DNA of 64,000 nt from Octopus sinensis (taxonomy: Eukaryota), in contig NC_043006.1 of NCBI RefSeq assembly GCF_006345805.1, forward strand, positions 74,772,001 to 74,836,000, given 5' to 3'. The first letter of the stretch is position 1. Every line of letters starts with the position of its first letter. The notes below the pieces were generated by a model. That model saw only the letters and a list, made by a program, of their open reading frames with translations, had not been told where the DNA came from and made no database searches. This document shows, piece by piece, positions 12,905 to 25,672 of the stretch. The translations under genes and the position numbers were made by a program.

Positions 12905-14249
12905 TACACACACACACACACACATATAATCACACACAAAAAAGGCAGGTGAACCAATAAAAAAAGGGGTGCTACCTATGGATTTTTGGTTGTTTGTTTA
13001 TATTTTTTACTTTGGAACAGGTCATACATTTTAAGGGGAAGGGTCTTTAGATTGTTTTTAGACTGTTCAAGACATGGTCATACTTCAACACCACCTCCAA
13101 GGTGAAGTTGATTTAATCATGATTGGTAGTGGGGTGACAGCTTATGCTGGTCAGCCACATGGCTCATACAACAGACAAGGAAGTTTACCTCCCAGAGACG
13201 GGAACTGACAGGGTCACTGCTCAGAAGGTTGCCCAAGAAGACCCAAGCAGGTACTGACAAATGGTGGATGCAGTGACACACTACAATGGCATGTGCTTCC
13301 ATACCTGACCCCAACCTGGCACATATACTATCCAGAAAGATAAAAGCAGATTCAAGGTCAGCAGGATATAAGCTCAGAATGTAAAGGGACTTAACTTAAT
13401 ACTATAAGGTACAAAGTACTCTTTAGTCTTAGGCAGCAGGTGCACTAATGCTGGTAGCATAAAATACACATTAGTTCATGGTGTAAAATGGTTGCAGATT
13501 TGAAGAGCATCATCATTTAGTGTCTGCTTTCAATGCTAGCATGGGTTGGACAGTTTGACAGGAGCTGGCAAACCAGAAGACTACACCAGGCTTCTGTGTC
13601 TGTTTTGGCATAGTTTTTATGACTGGATGCCCTTCCTAATACCAACCACCTTGCAGAGTGGACTGCATCCAGTTGTACAATTATACCCCAAATGAGGAAG
13701 AAATGTAGACCTCACATGCTGCAGCAATGGTAGCCTGTCTAGCAAGATAGTAATTCAGAATAAAAGCTAATTCAGAGGGGACAATTTAGTCTTGGCAGAT
13801 AATCTCTCAAGTGTTGGTGGCAATATAAAATGCATCTAGTCGATGCTGTAAAGTGATTGGTGATAGGAAAATTTTGACAAGAAAAATAATAATAATAATG
13901 GTTTCAAATTTTTCCACAAGGGCAACAATTTGGGGGGAGGGGAGGAGTTGATTACATTGACCCAAGTTTTTAACTGGTACTTATTACATCCAATCGATGT
14001 CATAAAGTAGCTGCTAATAAGAAGGGCATTAATATTAAAGAAAACCATAGTACATAGTACACACAACATCAAAGATTGACGGTTTTCTGTGTTGTTGTAT
14101 GTGTCAAATGATGACAGCCCATCACCAATGGCAAAACACAATGTTAGATCACACACCATCCAGTCCTTAGTAGCCAGTAAATGAGGACATAAAATCCTCC
14201 TGCTGCTGCTGTTGATGATGATGATGATGTAACATCTGGCACTGCTCTA

Positions 14250-15620
14250 AGAATGGTTTCAAATTTTGACACAAAGGCAGCAAGTTTGGGGGAGGTGCTT
14301 AGTCAATTAAACCGACTCCAGAGTTCAGTTGGTATTTATTTTATCGACCCTGAAAGGATGAAAGTCAAAGATGGCCTCAGTGGGATTTGAACTCAGAACG
14401 TAAAGACAGATCAAATGCCATAAAGCATTTTGCCTGGCATGCCAACGATTCTGCTAGCTAACTGCCTTGTGTATAATGATAATAATAATAATTATTATTA
14501 TTATTATCCTTTCTACTGGAAGCACAAGACCTTAAATTTGTGGGGGAGGGATTAAGTCGATTACATCGACCCCGGTGTGTATCTGGTACTTATTTAATTG
14601 ATCCCGAAAGGATGAAAGGCAAAGTCAACCCTGGCGGAATTTGAACTCAGAACATAGCGACAAGTGAAATACCGCTAAGCATTTCATCCAGTGCGCTAAC
14701 GATCCTGCCAGCTTGATATCTTATATAATGATAATAATAATTGTTTCTTGTTTAGACACAAACGGTTGACAACTTTAGAGAGACCAAGTTGATTACGTTG
14801 ACTCCCAGGACTCAACTGGTACTTTATTTCATCAACCACAGAGGGATGAAAGGCAAAGATGACCTCGGTGGAATTTGAAATCAGAATATGAAAAGCCAGA
14901 ACAAATAATGCAAGGCACTTTCTCCAACACTATAACAGTACTCCCAGCTTACCACACTTCATAATGGTATTTGATTTATGCACAAGGTCAAGAATTTTAA
15001 GTGGAGATCAACTGATAGAATGAGAGAGCCGTAACACATCCAGCAAGACATTTAGCCCAATACTTTTAATGCTTCCATCAGCTTGCCACCCTTAAAATAA
15101 TTGGTTTGTCCACATTACTTCATAAGGAGCATAGGGCCAATGTTCCGGTTTCTCTATTCCTCCCTGGACAGGACACCAAACCATAGCAGGCTTAGCTGTT
15201 TTTACCAGCCAGGTGGACTGGAACAATGTGAAATGAAGTGTTTTTGCTCAAGAACACAATGCATTGCCCAGTCCAGGAATTGAAACCACAATCATTATTT
15301 TAGTCTCCAATCCTAAAAAGATGAAAGGCAGTTGACTGTAGTAGGATTTGAACTCAGAACATGAAGAGCCGAAAGAAATAACGTGAAGCATTTTGTCCAC
15401 TGCACTACTGATTCTGCCAAAAAGCAGGAGCAGTCATAATAATTATATAAAATTTTTGCCACAAGGGCAGCTTGGTGGAGGTGGTGATGAGTCGATTACA
15501 TCAACCCCATCGTTTAATTGGTTCTTATTTTATCAACCCTGAGAGGATGAAAGGCAAAGTCAGCCTCAGCGGAATTTGAACTCAGCATGCTAACGATTCT
15601 GCCAGCTCGCCGCCTTAGTA
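14250..15620 (-). mobile_element. Head-to-tail cluster of about six family C SINEs
   Basis: Repeated GGATGAAAGGCAAAGTC...GGAATTTGAACTCAG blocks separated by (AAT)n; a family D fragment lies at 15095-15295. Confidence 0.8.
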
Positions 15621-17439
15621 GCAATAGTAAATAATAATGACTTTTCTTTTCAAATAATTATTTATGCTGAAAAGTATAAAATAAAGTGAGAAAAAAAAAA
15701 ATAAAGCTTTCCACAAGATGCAAGTGGCGTTAGTGATACAGCGTGGTTAGGGGGATAAGGAGGAGCAGAGAGTACAGGGAAGGGGATTTACTTTGTAGTC
15801 GAGCAAACATTTTCTGCTGAGTGGGTAGAGAGAGGGAAAGCATTATGCAAAAAATAATATGAGGAGGAGAATTAAAAATAAGACGTACAAAGCCAAAATA
15901 TCAAAGCTGGAAAAAAAGCTGCAAAATAAAAGAACAAAATAAAAGACATCTTTAACAGATCGTTTCACTGTTCTCAGATGATATTCTTTTCATAATGTCA
16001 GGAGATCTTTTGGTTAAAATAATCACAAAAAAATGACATGGTAAAATATATAAGAGAAATACAACGCACATCAAAGCTAATAATTAAACAATCACTTCAT
16101 ACACCCCCCAGCCCTCGTTTATTTTGGGTACCCAACCATTTGTAGTAACAACTAGTTAATTAGATGAGGCGTCAGTCAACCCTGCAAGTGAAAGGGTATC
16201 GACAACAGAGCATGTCTTGTGAAAAGTGCCAGTGAGTATGACATTTAACTCTAGAGGGTACAGTTTGCTTTTCTTATAAATATAAATGCTAGAATTAGAT
16301 ACCCTACCACTACACACTGGAAGTAGCAAAATGTACTAAAATACTGACAAATTTAGCAATGCCACCACCGCCACCGCTACCACCACCACTATCATTTAAT
16401 GTCCGTTTTCCATACTGGCATGGGTTGGACTGTTTGACAGAAGCTGGTGAGGCCAGAAGCCACACCAGGTTGCACTCTAGCCATGCTGGAGCACTGTTTT
16501 AAAAGGTTTAGTCAAACAAATTGACTACAGTATATATATATATGTTTAAAGCCTAGTATCTACTGTATCAGGTACTTTTGCCAAACTTCTAGGTTATGGG
16601 AGACATAAACAAATCAACACCAGTTGTTAAATGATGTGGGGAGGGCAACCTTAAACTCTATCACACTCAAACATATACACACATATACATATATATATAA
16701 GGTACCATATATATATATATACACACACATACACATATAAATGTGTGTGTGTATGTGTATATACACACATACACACACAATAGGCTTCTAAACAGTTTCC
16801 ATTTACAAATTCACTTGCAAAGCACTGGTAAGCTCAGGGCTACAATGGAAGACATTTGTCCAAGGTACCGCACAGTGGGTTTGAACCCCTAACCATGAAA
16901 CCACATGGTTGAAAAGCAAGCTTCTTAATCACAAAGAGATGCCTTAGTTTACCACACCGATTCACAATCTCTTTATAATTGCAGCTTGGAGAAAGACAAC
17001 TTCTATTAACTTCCACAGAAACAAGGTCTTCAAGGGATTATGGGACACTTTTTATCTGTGTACCATGCCTTCTAAATCAAGTTACAGAATATAATTGCTA
17101 ATTACCAAAGCTACAGAATCACAAGGAAACTATTATTCATTCATCATTTAATGCCTGTTTTCCATGCTGCGTTTGGCTGGACGGTCTGACTGAATTAAGT
17201 AGGGGTGCCGCATCAGGTTCCAATCTGATTTGGCATGATTTTTACAGATGGGTGCCCTTCCCAATGCCAACAACTCCAAGAGTGAAGTCGGTGCTTTTTA
17301 CATGCCACCAGCATGGGTGGCAGTTACGTAACACCAGCACTGGCCACGACACTTGACTTGATAGGTCTTCTCCAGCATGATATATCGCCAAAGGTCTCGA
17401 TCACTTGCATTATTATATATTTTAATATAACAATCTAGC

Positions 17440-17690
17440 AGTCATAGGTTCAATTCCTGGATTAGGTAGTGCACTGTGTTCTTGAGCAAAGCACTTCATT
17501 TCATGTTGCACCAGTTCACCCAGTTGTAAATGGGTCACTCTATGACAGACTAGCATTCTGATCAGGGGCAATGTTGGCTTGCTCACCTAGCGAGTGGGGT
17601 GGCATCATTCAAAAGCTACAATGATACAAAGCGCATTGTGACCAGTGATGTATAACACCATCTGATAGTCAAGTCGATCACGCAATATCG
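17440..17690 (+). mobile_element. SINE family D (tRNA-like head, TGTGTTCTTGAGCAAAGCACTTCATTTCA core)
   Basis: Related copies on minus at 15095-15295, 32650-33060 and 42100-42240. Confidence 0.65.
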
Positions 17691-17897
17691 TATATAATTC
17701 TTTTATTTGTTTCAGTCATCTGATTTCGAGCATGCTGAAGCACTGCCTTAAAGGGTGTTAGTCAAAGAAATTGGCCCCAGGACTTATTCTTCATAGGCCT
17801 AGTACTTATTCTATCAGTCTCTTTTGCCTAACCGCTAAGTTACAGAGACATAAATACACCAGTTTTGTTCTTTCATCCCACAGTAACATACATCTAT

Positions 17898-18385
17898 CAT
17901 CATTATTTATCATCTGTTTTCCATGCTGGCATGGGTTAGATGGTTTGACTGAGAACTGGTTAGCCAGGGAACTGCGCCAGGTTCCAATGAGGCTCAATGC
18001 TCGAACAGTGCTTTTTACATACCAGCAGCGGCTTGATCGGTCTTCTCAAGCACGGTATATTGACACAGGTCTCAATCATCTGTCACTGACTCCGTAAGGC
18101 TCAATGCTCAAATGGTGCTCTTCATGTACCACCAGCATCGACCACAATTATGATCTCAGTTGGCTCGACCAGACTTCTCAAGTATGGTATATCGACAAAG
18201 GTTTTGGTCATCTGTCACTGCTTCCATGATGCTCAATGCTCGAACGGTGCTTTTTAGATGCCACTGGCATGGGTGCTAGTCACAACTACAATTTCACTTG
18301 GCTTAAAAGGTCTTCTTAAGCACAGTACATCACCCAACGTTCAAAGGTGCCGTTTACGTGCCAGTTAAGCGACACTGGCATCAGC
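17898..18385 (-). mobile_element. Family A variant with about 135-bp internal repeats
   Basis: Family A tail at 17898-17990 plus three diverged GGTCTTCTCAAGCAC...GCTCAATGCTCGAAC units. Confidence 0.7.
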
Positions 18386-19299
18386 CACATCTATAAGTTT
18401 GAAAACAAGGACTGCCTGTGTGCATATGAGAGAGAAAGAGAGAAGTACAGTTGGCCAGATCAGTGCAGTCTGTATCCCTGTATCTACTGCTTCAGCTAAG
18501 ATACTCAACAATTTACAGCAAAATGTTGTTAATGTTTAGCATCAGGTCAGTCCTGATTGAGCAGGCTTACGATCAAAGGTAATCTGGCCGTCATCAACCA
18601 TCTTTCTCCTATGTCTAAGGAACCTAGAATCACATTACCTAATGTGTCGTTTCCTAAGACTATGGGGGTATGATTTGAAGGAGATTTAGCTACTATTTCT
18701 AGCAGATTGAGTGACCACGTTAAGGCTCCCTCTCATGTTGGGGCTGGCAACAGATATGACAAGCAGGTGTAGTAAACTGTAGTTAAAAAGCAAAGGTACA
18801 GAGTGCTTTGTTTTTCACTTCAGTTCAGTTCAGACCTGGCAGCAGGCTACACAGCTTATAGAGGCAACTCAACAGAAGTCAATAGAGCTAATCCCTCACT
18901 GATCAATACAATGCACAACTTATCACACAATGAGTAAATATTGATTACTGATATAAGCATAAGAACTCTCATTTGGCGGATTTCTAGTCAATTATGTTAA
19001 CTGCAATGGCTGAGGTCTCTAACCCTCACCTGTTTTCAAGCAATGTAATATCAGACAGGTTTTTCACGAAAGACTAGAAAAGAGGAATACTGACATTTAT
19101 TTATAACTACTGCATGATACCAAGAGGAGGCACAAACACAAACGTTCACTTGCAAAGGCTCCTTTCACTTTCTGTCTACCAAAGCCACTTACAAGGCTCT
19201 GATCAGCCCAGGGCTATAGTACAAAGGTACCATGCAGTGGAACTGGATCCTAAGCCACATGTTTGGGAAATGAACTACAAAGCCATATATATTGCAGGA

Positions 19300-19692
19300 G
19301 TTGCTTCCGGGCGTTGGACCTCATGGAGGCAAAGTGGCCGAGTTCCTTTTGAGCTTTGGACCTCATGGAGGCAAAGTGGCCGAGTTCCTTTCAAGTGTTG
19401 GGCCTCACGGAGGCAAGGACCGAGGCCTTTGGCATTATATTGTGCTTGAGAAGAAGACCCATCAAGCCAAGCAAAATCGCAGCCGTGGCAGATACTGGTG
19501 TCATGCAAATGGTACCTGTGCCAGTAGCACGTAAAAGCACCCATTACACTCTCGGAGTGGTTGGCATTAAGAAGGGCATCCAGCAATAGAAAACCATGCC
19601 AAATCAGACAGAAGCTTAGCGCAGCCTTCCAGTGTGCCAGCCTAGTCAAACCGTCCAACTCATGCCAACATGGACAACAGACATGATGATGA
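19300..19692 (+). mobile_element. Family A variant with a 42-bp tandem repeat
   Basis: GGACCTCATGGAGGCAAAGTGGCCGAGTTCC units start at 19316, 19358 and 19400. Confidence 0.7.
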
Positions 19693-20616
19693 TATACATG
19701 TACATATGTATGTATATATACTACTCATTCACTTTTCTGTGAGCTTTTCAATGCTAGTTAGACAAATATATTACTGAGGAATTATTTCAGAGACAGATGC
19801 CCTTCCTGACAACCTTACCAGTTTTTCAATTAAAGGACATTTTACTGCATGCAAAACCAGCAGCTGACCCACTGACAGGAGAATGGCTGCACTGTCAATG
19901 CTTGTAGATGAGTAATTTTCAGAGAAGTTCAAATGTATATATGACTGAATAAATATACACACACTAGTGGGACCCACGGAAATTCCACAGAACGAAAAAG
20001 ATTAAGAGAAGCTATTTAAGATAGAAAGGATGATTCACATTTTTATTTTTATTTTGCTAAGTATTTCACTTCCAGTCACAATAATATTATATTTTAAACT
20101 TTCCCTCTACTTAGCACTTTATATTTCTCCCTACCCCTTCAAAAAACTTTTTTAACCATGTAATTCCCATCTTCATGTCTCTGACATTTCTCTCTTTCTC
20201 TTCGTCTCTCACTGCCACTAATTCTCTCTCAATATCTCTTTCTTTATGTAACTGCCTCCCCTACCTATCTGTCTTTATCTGCCTTCCTTTAATCTCACCA
20301 CCAGAACATTACCCTCTGCTAAAAATATCCTAAACATATCTCTTTCTCTTTACCTTTCTCTCCCCACACTACAGCACGTCATTAACACTTCTCTCTCCCT
20401 CTTTTTTCTCACTCTTCACCTCTCCCTTCAACTAACCATGTGACACATTTGGCCTCATTGGCCTCTTTCTCTACTTTTTCCTCACTTCTTTCTTCTCTGC
20501 TCACACCCCTCACCCCCTCCATCTCTCTCACACACACACACTTTTACTCCACCTCCACCTCTCTAAATACAGTATAACAAGGCAAACAAACAAGCAGATT
20601 ATTACATATATATATA

Positions 20617-21010
20617 TATAAGGGTACTGCTGAAAGTAATGCAAAAGTGGACATAACATGTTTACTGCTACACATCGTTCAAACTGCACAAGTTAATCGA
20701 GTAACTCTTCCTCTATAGCCAGTCTTCTTCAGTGGAGGCCAATAATGGATTCCAAACAGAAGCAACAAGCAATAAATGAATTCTTGGAAAAAAAGAGGAA
20801 AGCAGGCTGTCTGACATCCACAGAAGCTATAAGTTGTTTTATGGAGATGACACCACAAAATGTGCAGAGATGGACAAAGGAAGTTTAAAGCAGGGGAAAC
20901 CAGCACTGAAGACAAACGATGCAGTGGGCAACCATGAACTGTGGCCGCTGAGATGAATCAGCAGTGAATGGACAAAGTGATTCATATAGACTGACAAGTC
21001 AGAATCTACC
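20617..21010 (+). pseudogene. Decayed mariner transposase N-terminus
   Basis: Frameshifted MDSKQKQQAINEFL / DIHRSYKLFYGDDT / VQRW / FKAGETSTEDKRCSGQP, matching the mariner HTH region (RAVIEFL...YGDDT...RRW..FK.G..S.ED..RSGRP). Confidence 0.7.
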
Positions 21011-21699
21011 ACCTTCCTAACTGCAGCTCTTTGTTGAAACTACTTACTGCCCAGAACTTATTTACCCTTCATCTATTAATACTATTTTCTTCACCCATAC
21101 TTTCTTTGATTGCACCACTGCCACCCCATTGAGTCAACAACACCCTCCCTTCCTCCACCACCATGTTTCTCACCCTCCTTATGCATGCTTGCCTCTCTCT
21201 TCCTCACCCACTCCTGTAACCTACCCAATATCATACCTCTCTCATCCTTCTCCTGTCTACTCTTCCATCATTACTATTCTGCTGTTCAGCACGATCAGTC
21301 ATCTACTTCCCACCAATCACTCTCCATCAAGTCCCACCCAATTACTCCGACCTCTTCTTCTGAAATGTGAGTAGTCATGTAGCTCCTCTACAAGAAATCC
21401 TTTCTGCTCTGGTCCTTCCTCCTTACTTTCACCCACTTTTACCCCTCATCTTGTAATATAGGGTTTCCCTGTCAGAGCTCAGCCTTGCAACATTCCAAGA
21501 TGACCTTACTAGTGCTAGTGGCACAAAAAAGCCACTTAATACAAAGGCATAAAGTGACTGGCATTAGGAAGGGCATCCAGCCATAGATGCCATGCCAAAG
21601 TAGTCAATGCAATCCTTGGGCCCATTAGATACTGTAAAATCTATGCCAGCATGAACTATGGACATTAAACACTCACGATGATAATACATTTTTTTAAAA

Positions 21700-22087
21700 A
21701 TTTGTTTCAGTCATTTGACTGCAGTCATGCTGGAGCACCACCTTTAGTTGAGCAAATCGATCCCAAGACTAATTCTTTGTAAGCCTAGTACATATTCTAT
21801 TGGTCAATTTTGCTGAACCACTAAGTTACAGGGACACAAATACGCCAACATCAGTTGTCAAGCAATGTTGGGGGAACAAACACAGATAAACATGTTCACA
21901 TACACACACACACATGTATATATACGATGAGCTTCTATCAGTTTCCATCTCCAAAAACCACTCACAAGGTTTTGGTGAACCTGAGGCTATAGTAGAAGAC
22001 ACTTGCCCAAGGTGCCTGCAGTGGGACTGAACCCAGAACCATGTGGTTGGTAAGCAAGCTACTTACCACACAGCCACTCCAGTGCCT
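21700..22087 (-). mobile_element. SINE family B, full length
   Basis: Same head, CORE-like segment and tail. Confidence 0.85.
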
Positions 22088-22169
22088 TATGACCATATAG
22101 CCACTCCTGTGCCTATATAGTCATAAGATATATAAACATATATATCAGGCATGTGCCATGAGTAATTAC

Positions 22170-22790
22170 TCAGGATAGGCAGCTGGTGATGTTTATGGAG
22201 TAAAACACAGGCACGCGACTGAGTTGTAGGCAGATTTACTTCTGCCTTTATAATGCGTAAAGAAAACGTTGTAGGAATGTACGCAGCATGTGTACCACAG
22301 CAGTACTATGTGTAGTTTTAATACTGAGATTGAAAGACAGGGGTGAATTATGCCTACCTAATTTGCCAGTGCTGCCGGCACGTAAAAAGCACCAATCGAT
22401 CGTGGCCGCTGCCAGCCTTCCCTGGTACCTGTGCCGGTGACACGTAAAAAGCACCCACTACACTCACGGAGTGGTTGGCATTAAGAAGGGCATCCAGCTG
22501 TAGAAACAATGCCAGATCAGACTGGAGCCTGGTGCAGCCTCCTGGCTTCCCAGACCCCAGTCAAACCGTCCAACGCGTGCCAGCACGGAAAACGGACGTT
22601 AAACGATGATGATGATGAATGTACAGAAAATTAAAATATTTTGCATTTTATGCATAGTAATCAGAGTAACCTTCATAATTTTATTGAATTAGGTGCATAT
22701 TTTGTCATAAAAGGAAAATGTTGCAGCAATCAATCTATTTTATTCAGGGTAGGCACTGCCTACCTTGCCTACCCAGGCAGCACATCCCTG
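22170..22790. mobile_element. MITE-like element interrupted by a SINE at 22371-22618
   Basis: End motif GGGTAGGCACTGCCTACCTTGCCTACCC...CCCTG; both halves align with the inverted copy at 44983-45585. Confidence 0.7.
22371..22618 (+). mobile_element. SINE-like family A copy nested in a MITE
   Basis: Family A body and (GAT)n tail. Confidence 0.85.
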
Positions 22791-24397
22791 ATATATATAT
22801 ATATATTTCTTTACTGCCCACAAGGGGCTAAGCATAGAGGGGACAAACAAGGACAGACGAAGGGATTGAGTCGATTATATCGCCCCCCAGTGCGAAACTG
22901 GTACTTTATTTATCGACCCCAAAAGGATGAAAGGCAAAGTTGACCTCGGCGGAATTTGAACTCAGAACGTAACGACAGACGAAGTACCGCTAAGCATTTC
23001 GCCCGGCACGCTAACGTGTCTGCCAGCTCGCCTATATATATATATAGTTAGATGTAAGACTGCTACAGTTGAGTTTAGAGTTCCAGGTTGAATATCATCA
23101 AGTTTGCTCCCTGTATAGCAGTACAGTTACTACTGTACTTGGCAGTATTACTGGTTATGATATGCAAAACAAATGTAGAAAACATTATGATAAAATGATA
23201 AACTCAAGTTTATATCATTTGCTCCTTACATAGGTTTCATCATTGTGATTATGTATAATCGCTACACTGGATGTTCCAAGTGTAATTGGATGCTGAACCT
23301 CAGCAGATCATCAGGGGAACGTGTCAATGTATTATGATGCAGAGATCAAATGTGTGTGGTTAAGCATCCAATTTGAACATGGAACATCCAATCCAGTGAT
23401 TGCAAATAACCACAGTGGTGAAACATATGGAGGGAATAAATGGTATAAATTGTACTTACACTCTCTCATACAAATGTCTAAGAATATAAATACAAACATA
23501 CATACGCACACACATTTACCCGTATATAAAATATATATACATATGCACACATAGACATACATACACAGATACATGCATATATATGTGTGTGTGTGCTGTT
23601 CTTTGATGATATGTTCAGCAATTGAAAATTTTCAATACCTTTATGAATTATAAATATGTTGTTATCTGTAACTTAATGCTTCCAAAGAGCAATTCAAGTT
23701 CATGATACAAAGGTATGTGGCCTAGTTTCATACAAAGTTTTTTGCTTCTTCAATTACTTCAGCCACCAGGCAATATCGCTGCCCTATGACCGAAGAATGC
23801 AATGATACTGTGTGAAAAGTAAGAAGCATATGCAAGAAAATGAAATTATTTTAGTAATACTAAGTGAGAAAAGTGAAACTATTTTGGTAACATTTGCCAA
23901 GAAAGCCAGGTGATTGAAGTAAGCTAAGAGGTCGAACCAGGCCAAATATCTTTGTTTGCAACATGAAGCTGGAGTTCCTCCTTGAGTGTACACACCACAC
24001 ACACTACACAAACACAAACCTAGATAGTAGAAATAGAAAAACAAAAATGGCAAATTCAACAATTCATCTATAGATTGATAAAATGATGAGCAGAATTAAT
24101 TGATTTTCAAACCTTACTGGGTTCTCATCAGGTGTCTACATCGTTTGACCAATCTCAAAGAAATAAGCAGTCAGTGGTGAACCTCAACAGCAGATGAAGT
24201 TATAAATAACCAAAAGCAAATATTTGGTTTAAAAAAATATTTGGATAGTGAAAAAAAAAGTCAACTTTTTAAAACCTGTATCTACTAGCCATTATTTATA
24301 GCTTCTGCTGCTTCGAGGTTCACTGTTCCAATACGGAATTATTTCATGTTCTCTCAAAGGTTTCAAAGTTTTCATGAAGTCAACAATACATACACAC

Positions 24398-24439
<42 letters not shown>

Positions 24440-24529
24440 TATACATATATATATAATATATATATATATTTACTTATTTATATACATGCATCTATACATT
24501 TATACACACATATATACGAACATATCTCC

Positions 24530-24560
<31 letters not shown>

Positions 24561-24754
24561 TGTATATACACACACACACATGTACTAATGATAGAAGAGT
24601 CATGCAAATCCAAAAATAGCAAAAAAATAAAATGCGAACAAAGAAAAGTTAGAAAAAAAAAATAATAATAATAAAGGTGAGGATTATACAAGTTTGCTTG
24701 AAAGTAGTTAGTATACCAGGTGCACTGAGCAGAAATATAGAATTGTTGCAAGGT

Positions 24755-25085
24755 CAAATGGATTTAACGACCAGAGTTTGCAATCTGCATTAATTAGTGA
24801 AGGACAGCTTTGGCAGAGAGGAGAGAATTTTTCTAACAAGGAGATAATAGGTTAAGATTATGAAGAAAAATATAAAAACCCTAATCTGGAGCGTTGCCTT
24901 ATTTGGCTGCGAGAGCTGGACTCTAAGCAAGAACGATCTAGATTGGTTGGGAGCCTTTGATATGTGCATCTGGAGAAAGAGAAAATTAAACGACAATAAA
25001 ACCACTATGATGAAGAACTGGGGCAGGGGTGTTGGACAAAGAGGAAAAGTGGGGAGGCATATAGAGGAGAAGATGTTGATTAATG
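24755..25085 (+). mobile_element. RTE LINE fragment (post-RT region)
   Basis: KTLIWSVALFGCESWTLSKNDLDWLGAFDMCIWRK matches the RTE SVLLYGCESWTL...EAFEMWIWRR motif. Confidence 0.8.
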
Positions 25086-25632
25086 AAAGAGACAATCAAG
25101 TGAAAAATGTAATAATAAATACTATACTTTTAAAAGGCCAGCTAGAACATTATAAGTTTTATTATTATTATTATTATTATCATTGTTGTTGTACCAGTTG
25201 AACATTAGGGTTGATGTAATTGATTTATCCCCTTCCCTTAAATTTACTGGCCTTGTGCCAAAACTTGAAACCATTATTATTATTATTATTATTATTAAGG
25301 CGGAGAGCTAGCAGAATCATTGGCATACCAGACAAAATGATAAGCAGCATTTCACCCGTTTTATGTTCTGAGATCAAATTCCACAAGGTCAACTTAGCCA
25401 CCCACCCTTTTGGGGTCAATAAATTAAGTACCAGTCAAGCACTGGGGTCGATGTAATCAACAAGCTCATTCCCCTATATTTAATGCCCTGTGCCTACAGT
25501 AGAAAGGATTATTATTATTATTATTATTGATTTTACTATTTGTTTACAGTTCCCAATGCACTCATTATTCTAGGTACATCCTTAACAATTTTCATATTCC
25601 AAACTCTTGCAATTTCAAATTTTAAGGGAATT

Positions 25633-25672
<40 letters not shown>

